Numbered from the stretch's first letter, positions 46,273 through 57,915 are shown. The stretch: 64,000 bases of DNA from Desulfatiglandales bacterium (GCA_963666345.1 OY762721.1:2880001-2944000); one strand, 5' to 3'. Numbers and translations: made by a program. The notes: generated from the letters alone by a model not told the origin.

Positions 46273-46845
46273 ATGAAAAGGTTTTTTAAAAGACACTGGC
46301 CGCTTCTTGCCATAGGCGCCTTTCTCCTGGTAATTTCTTTGTATGCCCTTAGATCCGGCCTGGAGTTTGACACGGAAAAACCGTCGGATGTGACATCTGT
46401 CAAGGAGGGGCTGACACTTACAGAGGTGCATTATGTCCAGGACGATCAGGACAGGGGGCTGCACTGGGTTCTGGACGCGACTGATGTGCGGCTCTCAAGC
46501 GATAATAACGATATCGCATTCGACCGTTTTACCCTCAAAGTTGACAAAAAGGATACGACCAGCTTTGTCCTGAAGGGGGATCGCGGGGATTATTCAAGGA
46601 AAACCGGGGTGATAAACCTGTGGGGCAATGTACAGGGTGCCTCAGAGCGGGGATATAAGGTGATAAGCGAGCATTTTTTGATAAATGACAAAAAAGGTTT
46701 TATACAGACCGAGCAGCTAGTCAATCTGAAAGGCCCGTTTTTTGCCGTTTCAGGCAAGGGGCTTTTTATTGATCTTGAAACAGAGGATTTGAAGATCTTC
46801 TCAAAAGTGCATACTCTGATAGATGAAAAAAGAATGAATTTGTGA
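46273..46845 (+). CDS. lptC: LPS export periplasmic protein LptC
   Basis: N-terminal TM, beta-jellyroll-like body, position kdsC-lptC-lptA. Confidence 0.8.
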   Translation: MKRFFKRHWPLLAIGAFLLVISLYALRSGLEFDTEKPSDVTSVKEGLTLTEVHYVQDDQDRGLHWVLDATDVRLSSDNNDIAFDRFTLKVDKKDTTSFVLKGDRGDYSRKTGVINLWGNVQGASERGYKVISEHFLINDKKGFIQTEQLVNLKGPFFAVSGKGLFIDLETEDLKIFSKVHTLIDEKRMNL

Positions 46846-46983
46846 AGGGCCTAGGGCAAGGCGATTTAAAAGGTAACTAAGGTGCAGAGGCGTCAAAAAT
46901 TTGATTGAAATGCCCGAAAGATACAGCCTTACACCCCTGACGGTAAAGCCCTTCTGTTAAACGAAACCGGAGAAAAACCAGCT

Positions 46984-47517
46984 ATGAAAATCAAGTATCG
47001 CGTTTTTTTTTCTTCTTTCTTCCTGCTTGCATCCCTTCTGGTTCCAGGAAGCGCCTTTTCCCAGGTCTTGGAAAATGAGGTAAAAAAGGCCGAAACCCTT
47101 TCAATCACCTCAGATACCCTTGAGGTTAAGCATGACAGTCAGGAGGTCATATTTAAAGGAGATGTTACCGCCAAAAAAAGCGAGTTCGTGATAAATTGTA
47201 AAGAGTTGGTAGTTCGTTATGCAGAGGACGAACCGGGAAAGAAAAGCGGTTCAACAGGCTCCTACAGAATAGACAGGGTGATCGGAACGGGCAACGTAAG
47301 GATAACACGCAAAAAAGGCGGTGTGGCTACGGCTGATAAGGCGATATACATTCAGGAGGGAGAACGACTTCTCCTTTCGGGTAATCCGGTTATACATCAT
47401 GGAGATGACATGGTCGAAGGAGACCGGATAACGCTTTTTCTAAAGGAAAACAGAAGTATCGTGGAGAGTTCGGGGGAAAAAAAGGTCAGGGCGGTTATAT
47501 TCCCAAGGGGCAAATAA
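46984..47517 (+). CDS. lptA: LPS transport periplasmic protein LptA
   Basis: Signal peptide, ITSD.LE, FKGDV, LSGNP, GDRIT, VRAVI. Confidence 0.85.
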   Translation: MKIKYRVFFSSFFLLASLLVPGSAFSQVLENEVKKAETLSITSDTLEVKHDSQEVIFKGDVTAKKSEFVINCKELVVRYAEDEPGKKSGSTGSYRIDRVIGTGNVRITRKKGGVATADKAIYIQEGERLLLSGNPVIHHGDDMVEGDRITLFLKENRSIVESSGEKKVRAVIFPRGK

Positions 47518-47529
47518 AAGAAGAATTCA

Positions 47530-48318
47530 ATGGAGCAACTCAACCTCCTTTATGAAAATAAAAAAACGGGCGGTATCTCCTCGTTGGTATATTCAAGCAA
47601 AACGCTACGGGCCGAAAACCTGAGTAAGTTATATGGTAAAAAGAAGGTCGTAGACGGAATAAATATTGAGACCAAGAGATCCGAGATAGTCGGGCTTCTG
47701 GGGCCAAACGGGGCCGGAAAGACAACCACTTTTTATATGATGGTTGGGCTCACGAGACCCAACGGAGGGAGTGTCTTCCTCGATAGTGAGAATATCACCG
47801 GTGATCCTGTCTATATCAGGGCAAGAAAAGGGATCAATTATCTTGCCCAGGAACCCTCTGTCTTCAGGAAATTGACGGTAGAGGAAAATCTTCTGGCTAT
47901 CCTTGAAACTCTTGATATTACTCGGGAAGAGCGTGAAAAACGGCTTGAATCTCTTCTGGCCGAATTAAAGATCTCGCATCTTGCCAAACAGAAGGCAGCT
48001 TCTTTATCAGGGGGTGAACGACGCAGGTTGGAAATAACGAGGTCTCTGGTCACGGAACCCGAATTTATTTTGCTTGATGAGCCTTTCGCAGGGATAGATC
48101 CTCTCGCAATCAATGATATCCAGCAGATAATCAAACAGTTGAAAGACAGGGGTTTGGGTATTATTATATCTGACCACAATGTGAGAGAGACCTTGAACGT
48201 TTGTGACAGGGCCTATATCGTAAGCGAAGGAAAGATAATAGAGCATGGGGTGCCGGAAGAAATAGTAGAAAGTGAGGTTGCAAAGTGTGTCTATCTGGGG
48301 GAAAATTTTAATCTTTGA
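47530..48318 (+). CDS. lptB: LPS export ABC ATPase
   Basis: [53 protein letters not shown]. Confidence 0.96.
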   Translation: MEQLNLLYENKKTGGISSLVYSSKTLRAENLSKLYGKKKVVDGINIETKRSEIVGLLGPNGAGKTTTFYMMVGLTRPNGGSVFLDSENITGDPVYIRARKGINYLAQEPSVFRKLTVEENLLAILETLDITREEREKRLESLLAELKISHLAKQKAASLSGGERRRLEITRSLVTEPEFILLDEPFAGIDPLAINDIQQIIKQLKDRGLGIIISDHNVRETLNVCDRAYIVSEGKIIEHGVPEEIVESEVAKCVYLGENFNL

Positions 48319-48427
48319 TACCCGTTTCAGGCAAAGGAATATATCGGGATAGCTGATATCGGCCGGCGCTCTTTAAAAGGTAATAAAATTATTTTAACCT
48401 GTTTTACTAGGGATCAAATTTAACGAC

Positions 48428-49867
48428 ATGGCCTTGGAATTGAGACAATCACTAAGCCTAACCCAGCAGCTTATCATGACACCGCAGCTGCAGCAGGCCA
48501 TTAAACTTCTTCAGCTATCAAGGCTCGAACTCCTTGAAAGCATTAATGAGGAAATGGAGGCAAATCCGATACTTGAAGAACAAGCTCCATCCGATTCCGA
48601 GGATGACGACTTCGATTATGATAAGCCTAATGAGCCTGAAAACAAACAGTCCGAGCTTAAGGAGGTAACTGTTGAAGAGCGGGCCAGAGATGATGTCGAC
48701 TGGGAGAATTATATCTCCGAATACAGCACGGTCAGGGCCGAGACACCCTACGAGGAAAGAGAGGGCCCTCCTCTTGAAAACATGTCCACGACAAAGACCT
48801 CTTTGCATTCGCATCTCCTGTGGCAGTTAAATATGAGCGATTTCGATGATGAGCAAAAGGAGATCGGTTTTTACATCATCGGGAATGTTGACGGGGACGG
48901 TTACCTGGATTTAGGCGTCGAAGAGATAGCCCGTGACACGGGACGTACTGTTGAAAAGGTTTCAGAGACCCTTAACCTTATAAAACATTTTGACCCTGTC
49001 GGTGTTGCATCAACCGACATGCGCGAGTGCCTGCTTACCCAGACAAGGTTTCAGAATCTTAGCGGTACTATCGTAGAAAAAATAATCGAAAACCATCTCG
49101 CTGATCTCGAATATAGAAAGTATGACCGTATAGCCAAGAAACTTTCCGTGCCCCTGGATGAGGTCTATTCGGCCGTTAATATTATCCTGGGTATGGAACC
49201 GAGGCCGGGAAGCATCTTTTCATCTGAAGAGACCATTTATATAACCCCGGATATCTATGTTTTTAAGGTGGGCGATGATTATGAAATCGTTCAGAATGAA
49301 GACGGAATGCCCAAGCTGCGGATAAATTCCTATTATAAGGAGGTGCTAAGCAACAAGGCCGCTCTTTCCGATAATGTCAAGGATTATATACATGAAAAGT
49401 TGAGATCGGCGGCGTGGCTCATAAAGAGCATTCATCAGAGGCAGAGGACCATATTTAAGGTCACGGAAAGCATTATCAAATTTCAGAGAGATTTTCTGGA
49501 CAATGGAATAACCAGCCTTAAACCGCTTGTGCTGAGAGATGTGGCGGAAGATATCGAGATGCATGAATCTACCGTCAGCAGGGTTACAACCAACAAATAT
49601 GTCCACACACCTCAAGGCCTTTTTGAGCTCAAATTTTTCTTTAACAGCTCTATAAGCAGTATCGAGGGAGACGCCGTTGCATCGGAGAGCGTAAAGGCGC
49701 ATATAAAAAACATCATAAAAGCGGAGAACAAAGCAAAACCCTACAGCGATCAGGACGTGGCTGATTTGCTTAAGAACCTGAATATAAAGGTGGCTCGCAG
49801 GACCGTCGCCAAGTATAGAGAGACGATGGGGATACTTCCATCAAGAAGGAGAAAGACCCCATACTGA
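48428..49867 (+). CDS. rpoN: RNA polymerase sigma-54 factor
   Basis: MTPQLQQAIKLLQL, HESTVSRV, ARRTVAKYRE RpoN box. Confidence 0.98.
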   Translation: MALELRQSLSLTQQLIMTPQLQQAIKLLQLSRLELLESINEEMEANPILEEQAPSDSEDDDFDYDKPNEPENKQSELKEVTVEERARDDVDWENYISEYSTVRAETPYEEREGPPLENMSTTKTSLHSHLLWQLNMSDFDDEQKEIGFYIIGNVDGDGYLDLGVEEIARDTGRTVEKVSETLNLIKHFDPVGVASTDMRECLLTQTRFQNLSGTIVEKIIENHLADLEYRKYDRIAKKLSVPLDEVYSAVNIILGMEPRPGSIFSSEETIYITPDIYVFKVGDDYEIVQNEDGMPKLRINSYYKEVLSNKAALSDNVKDYIHEKLRSAAWLIKSIHQRQRTIFKVTESIIKFQRDFLDNGITSLKPLVLRDVAEDIEMHESTVSRVTTNKYVHTPQGLFELKFFFNSSISSIEGDAVASESVKAHIKNIIKAENKAKPYSDQDVADLLKNLNIKVARRTVAKYRETMGILPSRRRKTPY

Positions 49868-49931
49868 GGATTTCGAGCCACCCACACGGGCCTGGTTTAG
49901 CTGTTTTAATCCCTGGCTTTAGGAGGTTTAA

Positions 49932-50471
49932 ATGGAAATAACCGTAACATTCAGACACACTGAACCGATGGAAAGCCTTAAGAAATATGCAGAGGAAAAG
50001 GTATCAAAATTAAAAAAGTATCTTGATATCCCTGTGGAGGCTCATATAGTCCTTAGCGTGGAGAAATTCAGGCATCAGGCGGATATAACCCTCAGCCTGA
50101 ACGGGACAAGGATCAAGGCTGTAGAGGAAACAGAGGATATGTATTCCGCTATTGATCAGGTCATGGACAAGATCGAGAAACAGGTAAAGAGACATATCTC
50201 CAAGACAAGGGACCACAGGCCGGAAAGTACAAGGGATGAGGACAGTTCAATGAACGATCTGGCTGAGCAGGATTCGGTTCTGGCCCAGGACGAGCCTGTT
50301 ATTGAGGTGGAAAAGATGGTGGCAAAGCCGATGGACCCTGAAGAGGCCGCCATGCAGCTCAACTTGTCAAAACAGGATTTCCTGGTTTTCAGAAATTCAA
50401 GGTCCAATGAGATAAATGTTATCTACAGGCGGGGAGATAACGATCTGAAACTGATAGAGCCGGGTAATTAG
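49932..50471 (+). CDS. hpf: Ribosome hibernation promoting factor (long HPF)
   Basis: DMYSAID..DKIEKQ; KPMDPEEAAMQL, INVIYRR. Confidence 0.93.
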   Translation: MEITVTFRHTEPMESLKKYAEEKVSKLKKYLDIPVEAHIVLSVEKFRHQADITLSLNGTRIKAVEETEDMYSAIDQVMDKIEKQVKRHISKTRDHRPESTRDEDSSMNDLAEQDSVLAQDEPVIEVEKMVAKPMDPEEAAMQLNLSKQDFLVFRNSRSNEINVIYRRGDNDLKLIEPGN

Positions 50472-50612
50472 AATCAGGCTGTTGTTATACGGCTGAGCTG
50501 TTTGCTCAGCCCTGTCTTTTATTTTTTTCTGCGGAAGATATATATGCACGCTTTTATTCTTCTGCGACTCCCGCATTTGGGGGGGGGGAATCCACGTTAC
50601 AGGTCTATAAAG

Positions 50613-51074
50613 ATGAAATTAGGCGATATCATAAGAGAAGATTTTATAATTCCCGAATTAAGAGCAAAGGACAAGAAGGGAGTATTGGAAGAATTGGCCG
50701 AGGTTATCTGCAGCCACGGTGAATCGATTGAGAAGGCCTCTCTTGTCAAAGTCCTTGTGGAAAGGGAACGTCTCGGCACGACCGGAATAGGTGACGGGGT
50801 TGCAATCCCTCATGGAAAGCTGCCTGATCTGGATCAGCCGGTCGTGTCTTTCGGCAGATCCAAAAAGGATCTCGATTTTGACGCGATCGACGGTCAGCCC
50901 GTGCACCTTTTCTTTCTTCTTGTAGCACCGGAGAATTCTTCGGGTGCGCATCTTCAGGTACTTGCAAAGATAGCAAGAATACTTAAGAATAGTGCATTCA
51001 GAAAAAGGCTTTTAGAGGCCGAGACCAGACAGGATATTTATCAAACGATCATTCAAACCGACGAAGAAACTTAG
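50613..51074 (+). CDS. ptsN: PTS IIA(Ntr)-like protein
   Basis: ERERLGTTGIGDGVAIPHGK, FDAIDGQPVHLFF. Confidence 0.9.
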   Translation: MKLGDIIREDFIIPELRAKDKKGVLEELAEVICSHGESIEKASLVKVLVERERLGTTGIGDGVAIPHGKLPDLDQPVVSFGRSKKDLDFDAIDGQPVHLFFLLVAPENSSGAHLQVLAKIARILKNSAFRKRLLEAETRQDIYQTIIQTDEET

Positions 51075-51092
51075 CGTTGTATAAGGGATATC

Positions 51093-51494
51093 ATGATCGG
51101 ACTGCTTATTATTTCGCATTGTGACCTGGGCAAGGAGTTCCTGAATGCGGCAGAACTCATTTTAGGCAAGATTGAAAATGCCGATGCCATTTCCATAACC
51201 CAGACAACTGAGAGCGAGGAGAAGCTTAAGGAAATATCGGATAAAATAGGTGCCCTGGACAAAGGTAAGGGGGTGCTTGTTATGACGGATATGTTTGGCG
51301 GGACACCTTCAAACCTGAGCCTTTCTTTCCTGAAGGAAGAGAGGGTTGAAGTCCTTACCGGTATAAATCTGCCGATGCTCGTGGCTGTTGCACAGGATAG
51401 GAAAAGGCTTAACCTGAGCGAATTGGGAGAAAAGGCTCAACTGGCCGGCAGAAGAAGCATCGCGCTTGCAGGGAAATTGCTCAAGCCGGAATGA
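51093..51494 (+). CDS. PTS mannose/fructose-type IIA component
   Basis: IISH, TDMFGGTPSN, GINLPML. Confidence 0.9.
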   Translation: MIGLLIISHCDLGKEFLNAAELILGKIENADAISITQTTESEEKLKEISDKIGALDKGKGVLVMTDMFGGTPSNLSLSFLKEERVEVLTGINLPMLVAVAQDRKRLNLSELGEKAQLAGRRSIALAGKLLKPE

Positions 51495-51985
51495 TCACGC
51501 TGGTTGAAATAGATGCGGGCAACCTTTCGGGATTTCAGAAAGATATAATGAAAATCGAAAGGTCCTCTTTCCCTTCACCCTGGAGTTTAAGGGCGTTTTG
51601 GGAGGAGGTGCGCAACCCCCTGGCTTACTTTTTGGGGATGAAGTTTTCCGACAGATTTGCCGGTTATGCCTGCTTCTGGATGTTTTGTTCCGAGCTTCAT
51701 CTTCTCAATTTTGCCGTTAGAGGCGAATTCAGGGGTCAGGGCCTTGGGTCCTATCTCCTGAAGGTTATAATTGACAACGCAGTCGAACGTAAAGTGGAGA
51801 AGGCCTGGCTTGAGGTCAGGCCTTCCAACACCCCGGCCAGGAAGCTTTACAAAAAGGCCGGTTTTAAGGAAATAGCACGTAGGCCGCGTTATTACAGCGA
51901 TACCGATGAAGATGCCATTGTGATGTCGCTCGGCCTTGACGAAGAATTTTTAAATCATATAGAACCGCTCCAGGACTCTTGCTGA
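51491..51985 (+). CDS. rimI: Ribosomal protein S18 alanine N-acetyltransferase
   Basis: IERSSFPSPW, FRGQGLG, LEVRPSN..A..LY..GF, RPRYY, EDAIVM. Confidence 0.9.
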   Translation: MITLVEIDAGNLSGFQKDIMKIERSSFPSPWSLRAFWEEVRNPLAYFLGMKFSDRFAGYACFWMFCSELHLLNFAVRGEFRGQGLGSYLLKVIIDNAVERKVEKAWLEVRPSNTPARKLYKKAGFKEIARRPRYYSDTDEDAIVMSLGLDEEFLNHIEPLQDSC

Positions 51986-52035
51986 TCAACAGATGAAGTC
52001 GAGAGGGTTCTTTTCAATTTCAAGGAGGAAAAGAG

Positions 52036-53034
52036 ATGTCGTTAAAGGTGGCAATCAATGGTTTCGGACGAATAGGCAGGATGGTCTTCAGGGCGGGATA
52101 TAAAAACGGCGATATCGATTTTATGGCAATAAATGATCTTACCGATCCCAGAACGCTCGCATATCTGCTTAAACATGATTCCGTCCATGGCGTATTGGAT
52201 TCGGAAATTACAAGTACGGATCACTCGATAATCGTTGACGGAAAAGAGATAGAGATCCTATCGCAAAGAGATCCCGCGGCGCTTCCCTGGGGCGAGCTGG
52301 GAGTGGAGACGGTTTTTGAGTGTACCGGTCTTTTCAGGGAGAGGGACAAGGCAGCTGCTCACCTGGAAGCGGGCGCGAAAAAAGTGATTATATCTGCACC
52401 GGCCAAAGGCCCTGATGTCACCATTGTCATGGGGGTCAACCATGAAGAATACGACCCTGAAAAACACCATGTAATATCTAATGCCTCCTGCACCACAAAC
52501 TGCCTCGCGCCGTGCTGCAAGGTCCTTCTGGACAGCTTTGGTATTGAAAAGGGGCTTATGACGACGACTCATTCCTATACCGGGGATCAGAGACTTCTGG
52601 ACTTCCCGCACAAGGACCTTAGAAGGGCGAGGGCGGCGGCGCTTTCCATGATACCGACTACGACCGGGGCGGCAAAGGCTGTATCACTAGTTCTGCCTCA
52701 GCTTAAAGGCAAACTTAACGGTATGGCCATCAGGGTTCCTACTCCGAATGTCTCTGTCGTTGATCTGGTCGCCCAGCTCGGTAAACCGGCATCAGTAGAA
52801 GAGATCAATAATGCCTTCAAAGAGGCCTCTGAAAATGAACTAAAGGGAATCCTCGCATATAGTGAGGAACCTCTCGTGTCTTCGGATTTCAACGGAACCA
52901 CGGTTTCCTCCACTGTAGACGGGCTTTGCACTATGGTCACGGGTGATATGGTCAAGGTGCTGGCCTGGTATGACAATGAATTCGGCTATTCCAGCCGCAT
53001 GGTTGATCTTGCCTTATACATGGCGGGTAAATAG
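52036..53034 (+). CDS. gap: Glyceraldehyde-3-phosphate dehydrogenase (type I)
   Basis: [26 protein letters not shown]. Confidence 0.98.
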   Translation: MSLKVAINGFGRIGRMVFRAGYKNGDIDFMAINDLTDPRTLAYLLKHDSVHGVLDSEITSTDHSIIVDGKEIEILSQRDPAALPWGELGVETVFECTGLFRERDKAAAHLEAGAKKVIISAPAKGPDVTIVMGVNHEEYDPEKHHVISNASCTTNCLAPCCKVLLDSFGIEKGLMTTTHSYTGDQRLLDFPHKDLRRARAAALSMIPTTTGAAKAVSLVLPQLKGKLNGMAIRVPTPNVSVVDLVAQLGKPASVEEINNAFKEASENELKGILAYSEEPLVSSDFNGTTVSSTVDGLCTMVTGDMVKVLAWYDNEFGYSSRMVDLALYMAGK

Positions 53035-53084
53035 GCCGGTAACAGGGAATTATTGCGGGCAGCGCCAGATTAGGGAGTTATCAT

Positions 53085-53849
53085 ATGACAGACCGAAGAC
53101 CGATGATCGCGGGCAACTGGAAGATGAACCTGGGCGGGGATGAGGCTGCGGTCCTTGTAAAAGATATATCTGAAGGCATAAAAGGGGTTCAAGGTGTTGA
53201 AGTCCTGGTAGCCCCCCCGTTTACGCTTTTGCAAACGGTAAGGGAGGCGATAGGAAGCTCGCCTGTTTTCCTGGCCGGGCAGAACATGCACTGGGAGCCC
53301 AGAGGTGCCTTTACCGGCGAGATTTCAGGAAGGATGCTTCAGGAGTCAGGTTGCACCCACGTCATACTGGGGCACTCGGAAAGGCGAAGCCTTTTTGGTG
53401 AGACCAGTGAAGATATAGACAAAAAGGCAAAGACAGCGGTCCTTTTAGGCCTTATCCCGGTCATCTGCATAGGTGAAACCCTGGAAGAGCGTGAGACCGG
53501 AAGGACTTTTAAGGTTATCAAGGATCAGCTTGACAGGTCTCTTGCCAATTTTATAAAGGACGGTCTGCTTCTGCCTTCCACGATCCTTGCGTATGAACCG
53601 GTCTGGGCCATAGGCACCGGTAAAACCGCCACTCCTGAGCAGGCTCAGGATGTCCATTCTTTTATAAGAAAATGGGTGGCGGATAATTTCAATACCGGCA
53701 CTGCCCAGCATGTGAGGATTCTTTACGGGGGAAGCGTCAAGCCCTCAAACGTCTCTGAGCTGATGTCTCAGACCGATATAGACGGGGCACTGGTGGGCGG
53801 GGCAAGCCTGACGGCTGATAATTTTATCCCTATTGTCTGCTATAAATAG
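53085..53849 (+). CDS. tpiA: Triosephosphate isomerase
   Basis: AGNWKMN, GHSERR, AYEPVWAIGTG, YGGSVK, LVGGASL. Confidence 0.98.
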   Translation: MTDRRPMIAGNWKMNLGGDEAAVLVKDISEGIKGVQGVEVLVAPPFTLLQTVREAIGSSPVFLAGQNMHWEPRGAFTGEISGRMLQESGCTHVILGHSERRSLFGETSEDIDKKAKTAVLLGLIPVICIGETLEERETGRTFKVIKDQLDRSLANFIKDGLLLPSTILAYEPVWAIGTGKTATPEQAQDVHSFIRKWVADNFNTGTAQHVRILYGGSVKPSNVSELMSQTDIDGALVGGASLTADNFIPIVCYK

Positions 53850-53976
53850 TCCAATCAGGCTTTTCGGCTTATTTTATTTTGTTTTCGGGGCATGTTTTCT
53901 ATTGCAAAAAAAATAATTTCAGGTACAATGCAGTGCTTTAAATAAATATCCCCCGGCAAACGTTTCTGAGGTTTTT

Positions 53977-54309
53977 ATGCAAGCAGTCTTTATCTTTTTA
54001 CATATAGCCGCGTGCCTGGCGCTCATATTCATAGTCCTTCTTCAGAAGGGAAAAGGCGCCGGTATGGGAGCCGCATTTGGAGGGTCGAGCCAGACGGTAT
54101 TCGGAAGTTCGGGAGCGACATCTCTTTTACACAAGGTTACTACATTTGTTGCTATAATTTTTATGGTGACGTCCCTTGGGCTGACACTGTTTTTCGGGCA
54201 GGGCAAGACCACTTCCGTCATGGAGGGGGTCGAACAGACCGGTACCCCGCCGGCAGCCCAGACCGGTGAAGCCCCGAGTGCGCCTGCAGCAGAGGGGCAG
54301 AGCAAGTGA
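53977..54309 (+). CDS. secG: Preprotein translocase subunit SecG
   Basis: VLLQKGKGAGMGAAFGG; tpiA-secG-tRNA-Leu order. Confidence 0.95.
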   Translation: MQAVFIFLHIAACLALIFIVLLQKGKGAGMGAAFGGSSQTVFGSSGATSLLHKVTTFVAIIFMVTSLGLTLFFGQGKTTSVMEGVEQTGTPPAAQTGEAPSAPAAEGQSK

Positions 54310-54319
54310 TTTCCAATGT

Positions 54320-54406
54320 GCCGAAGTGGTGGAACCTGGTAGACACGCTATCTTGAGGGGGTAGTGGCCGACGGCCGTGCGGGTTCAAGTCCCGCCTTCG
54401 GCACCA
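54320..54406 (+). tRNA. tRNA-Leu(GAG)
   Basis: gccgaag...cttcggc-acca, anticodon loop ttGAGgg, long variable arm. Confidence 0.96.
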
Positions 54407-54425
54407 TTTTTCCTATAATTTCAAG

Positions 54426-55121
54426 CTACTTATCAATCGTCCTTCCATTTAAAATCATGTGCAGATGATGTGCAGGTCGGTGCAGGTTATTTGACTGTCC
54501 TCTTATCTTAGCTGTAGCTTGCCTTTGACGCACTGCATCAACCAATAGATAGCGGTCAAAGGCTTTATTGGTTTTGTGCTCTGTGAGTTCCATTCTTATT
54601 TCTTCTGGACTCATGCCTACCTCAAACCGGGCGGCAGTGGTCGTCGAATGTTTTGTGCCGGGATAGACCGATACGCCGTCAATTCCGAGATTTTGGCAGG
54701 CTTTCCTCCAATATTTATAAAAATAGTCTTTGCCAAACATCCCTCCAGCTTTAAGCAATTTCGCTGATACACCTTTCCGCTTCTCATGCCTGAAAAATGG
54801 CATTGAGGGAACACCTCTTACGCATCCCTTGATAAATTCTACATCTTCAGGTAGGAGATAGAGCTTTTTTTCCTCGCCGGTCTTGGTCTTAGATACTTTT
54901 ATTTCACCCACCTGAAGGTTGATATCTCCTTCCTTGATCTGCCTTAACTCCCCTGGCCTTACCTTAGGATAACTCGCCAGGAGAAATACCCCGAACCATA
55001 TTTTAGGATTAAAGGCTGTGATCCGCTTGACCTCATCTATAATCTCGCCCTGGGTTTTTTTATCTACTAACTCCCGGTAACCTAATTCATAATTCACAGT
55101 AGGAAACTCCGGTGTTTCTGT
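54426..55121 (-). pseudogene. Tyrosine integrase, C-terminal catalytic part; 5' portion lost at the IS21 boundary
   Basis: VRPGEL (Arg I), KTKTG, YPGTKHS, EH.T..AFDRY (Tyr); points toward the tRNA-Leu 3' end. Confidence 0.8.
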
Positions 55122-55224
55122 TGTCAATAGGCGTTGAAAATTGACCCATCATCGGCGTCCAAAATTGACCCACCCCTGAGAAAAAAATATGGTTAAATAG
55201 TTGAGTAGTTGATCCCTTCTTTAT

Positions 55225-55956
55225 CTATGAAGCTGCGTGTTTCATTCTCCAGCTTTCGTTACCTGTTTCTATAATTTCACAATGATGAGTCAACCGATCA
55301 AGCATGGCCGTAGTCATTTTTTTATCTCCAAAGACTTGGGGCCATTCACCGAAGGTCAAGTTGGTGGTGATTACTATGGATGTCTGTTCGTAGAGTTTTG
55401 ATATAAGATGAAAGAGCAGTTGACTGCCGTTTTTGGAAAAAGGCAGATAACCCAGTTCATCGAGGACCACAAGATCAAATCGAAGTAGTCTTGCTGTGAT
55501 TTTGCCGGCCAATCCAATCATTTTCTCCTGCTCAAGCTCATTTGCCAGATCCACCAGGTTATAAAACTTGCACTTCCTGCCATTCCTTATGGCCTGGGCC
55601 GCTATAGTTATGGCTAAATGGGTTTTGCCCGTACCGGTGCCACCTACAAAAATCAGGTTGATATGTTCGGCTATAAAATCACCCTGATAAATAGACCTAA
55701 TCTGGGCTTCATCAACACAGGCCCCGTTAAAATCAAAGCCATCGATATCTTTAAGGACAGGAAACCTGGCCTGTCCCATACGATATCGGATACTCCTTAT
55801 ATATCTTTCGGCAGCTTCAGCCTTGAGCAGTTCCAGGATTACCTTTTCAGGCGTTGAATGGCTCTTGCGTCCATTGGAGACAACTTCATCATAAATGGAC
55901 TGCATACCCCGCAACTTTAGTTTTTCCATCTGGTCCATGATATCATTGCGCAGCAT
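55225..55956 (-). CDS. istB: IS21 helper ATPase
   Basis: [38 protein letters not shown]. Confidence 0.96.
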   Translation of the reverse strand: MLRNDIMDQMEKLKLRGMQSIYDEVVSNGRKSHSTPEKVILELLKAEAAERYIRSIRYRMGQARFPVLKDIDGFDFNGACVDEAQIRSIYQGDFIAEHINLIFVGGTGTGKTHLAITIAAQAIRNGRKCKFYNLVDLANELEQEKMIGLAGKITARLLRFDLVVLDELGYLPFSKNGSQLLFHLISKLYEQTSIVITTNLTFGEWPQVFGDKKMTTAMLDRLTHHCEIIETGNESWRMKHAAS

Positions 55957-57460
55957 GGTATCCCTCCCTTACCAAACGTTCATAGCGGCGGCAGTCTGCT
56001 ATGGGCTCTTGCTTGAGAATCAGATGGGAGGGGATACCCAAATCAGGCGTGCAATCCTGATCCTGATCCCTGTTTAAAAGATTGAGAACCACCTCTTTAC
56101 TTACGGCCCTTATCTTTAGGGCCTCCTTACAGGCTTTACTTACAGCCTCAAGTCCGTAGAAAGGAACAGCATTTAGAATGGCCACAAACTGACGGTCCCA
56201 GTCGGAAAAACGGTTTTGAAGCCCATTTAGGACGCCTTCGACAGGATCGGGAAGTTGCCAGTCTTTAAAGGGGGCTCCATTACGGAGAGCCCCGGGCTTA
56301 CGTTCAAGGACCGGGACATAATGCCAGGGATTAAAAATAGTCTTGTTCTTTCCAAAATGCCTATCATGCTCTCCTACGATACAACCGTTATTTACTATCA
56401 CTATCCGATCGGCATATACTCTCATATAGACCGCTTTACCCACCTGGCTGCAATTAACGCTGTATCGGTTCCGGTCATAGGTTACAAGTGAGCTGGGGGT
56501 AACCCTGGCTGGACGTTGTGCATATCCATCAAAGAGAGGTGGTAGATTTATCAGATAGGGTCTCTCTTCACTGTAGACCTGCCAAACCGTCTTATCAGAT
56601 ATTGTTGGATGCTTACGGGTCTTTGCCCAGGTGATGCATTGTTCTCTAAGCAGCTCGTTTAGGTGTGTGAAATCCCTGGCCTTGATTCGGGGAGTGAAAA
56701 ATCTCCTTCTGACCACACCTACCTGGTTTTCCACCTGACCCTTTTCCCAACCTGCAGCAGGGGTGCAGCTTACCGGTTCAAATAAATAATGGGAACACAG
56801 TTGGCTGAAGCGGCTGTTGAACTGTCTTTCCCTTCCTCCCAGGATCTTGTTAACCACTGTTTTGAGATTGTCATAGATGCCTTTACGGCAAACTCCCCCA
56901 AAAAACTCAAAGGCCCTGATATGGGCATCAAACACCATCTCCTGGGTTTCTCTGGGGTAGGCAATACAAAGGAAGTAGCGGCTGTGACATAACCTTATAT
57001 GTGCAACCTTTGCCTTTACTCTGCTTCCGTCCAGATCTACCCACTCATGACTCCAGTCAAACTGAAAGGCTTCTGCAGGATCAAATACCAAAGGTATAAA
57101 TACCTCCTTTGGCAAGCTCCTTTGATCCTGGCGCCATCTTTGAACATATCTCCGTACGCTGTCATAGCCACCTTCGTAGCCGTTGAGTTGCAGCTCTTCA
57201 AAAAGTATCTGGGCTGTCCTGCGCAGTTTTTTGGGCAGTTTCTCGTCTTCTTCCAGAAAGCCTTTCAGCATGTCTATAAACGGCCCCAGCTTGGGTCTTG
57301 GCTGGTTGCTTCGTTCGTACTGAAAAGATGTTTCTCCGCTCCTTATCGCCTTTTTTACTGTATTTTTGCTAAGGCGCAGATCCTTCGCTGTCTGACGTAT
57401 GGATTTGCCATCTCTGAGAACAGCTAATCGTATCTTACGGATTGTTTCCACTGTGAGCAT
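55943..57460 (-). CDS. istA: IS21 transposase
   Basis: N-terminal [22 protein letters not shown]. Confidence 0.96.
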   Translation of the reverse strand: MLTVETIRKIRLAVLRDGKSIRQTAKDLRLSKNTVKKAIRSGETSFQYERSNQPRPKLGPFIDMLKGFLEEDEKLPKKLRRTAQILFEELQLNGYEGGYDSVRRYVQRWRQDQRSLPKEVFIPLVFDPAEAFQFDWSHEWVDLDGSRVKAKVAHIRLCHSRYFLCIAYPRETQEMVFDAHIRAFEFFGGVCRKGIYDNLKTVVNKILGGRERQFNSRFSQLCSHYLFEPVSCTPAAGWEKGQVENQVGVVRRRFFTPRIKARDFTHLNELLREQCITWAKTRKHPTISDKTVWQVYSEERPYLINLPPLFDGYAQRPARVTPSSLVTYDRNRYSVNCSQVGKAVYMRVYADRIVIVNNGCIVGEHDRHFGKNKTIFNPWHYVPVLERKPGALRNGAPFKDWQLPDPVEGVLNGLQNRFSDWDRQFVAILNAVPFYGLEAVSKACKEALKIRAVSKEVVLNLLNRDQDQDCTPDLGIPSHLILKQEPIADCRRYERLVREGYHAAQ

Positions 57461-57574
57461 CCCTTTCCGCCTCCTTCTACCATAGTCACAGCAGAATAGA
57501 AGGCTTTCAGGGGTGGGTCAATTTTGGACGCCGATTCGCCCTATAGGTGGGTCATTTTTGCATGCCGATTCACA

Positions 57575-57769
57575 GACCAGGTCTATCTCAAAGATTTCAC
57601 ACAACCGGGCCAGGGTTTCAATTGTAGGGTTTACCAGGCCTCGTTCCATCTTTCCGTAATAGCGGTAGGAGAAACCCCAGGTTTCCAGGTCTTCCTGTTT
57701 CAGGCCTTTGGCCATTCGCAATGCCTTGAGGCGATAGCCCAGTTGTCTTTTAAGGTTTTCCTTGTCCAT
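57575..57769 (-). pseudogene. XRE-family HTH regulator, C-terminus cut by IS21
   Basis: LGYRLKALRMAKGLKQEDL..YYGKMERG..NPTIETLARL; frame runs into the IS end at 57574. Confidence 0.8.
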
Positions 57770-57824
57770 ATCTGGCCTCCTTTGACTTTATACTGGTTTA
57801 AAGGGACCTGATACAGGCATTCAT

Positions 57825-57865
57825 AGGTAATATTAACCTTGACAATATTACCTTAAAGTAATATT
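57825..57865. promoter_or_regulatory. Operator-like inverted repeats overlapping TTGACA
   Basis: aggtaatatt-9 nt-aatattacct perfect IR, plus a second IR aatattac-6 nt-gtaatatt; TTGACA at 57839. Confidence 0.6.
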
Positions 57866-57915
57866 TATTGCCTCAGTTAATTATTAATCATGGCTTTTCC
57901 CATGAGGCAAGAAAT

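Larger units (their letters stand above)
55122..57574 (-). mobile_element. IS21-family element
   Basis: TGT...ACA ends with repeated aaaa(t)tgaccca motifs; istA-istB; no flanking TSD. Confidence 0.93.
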
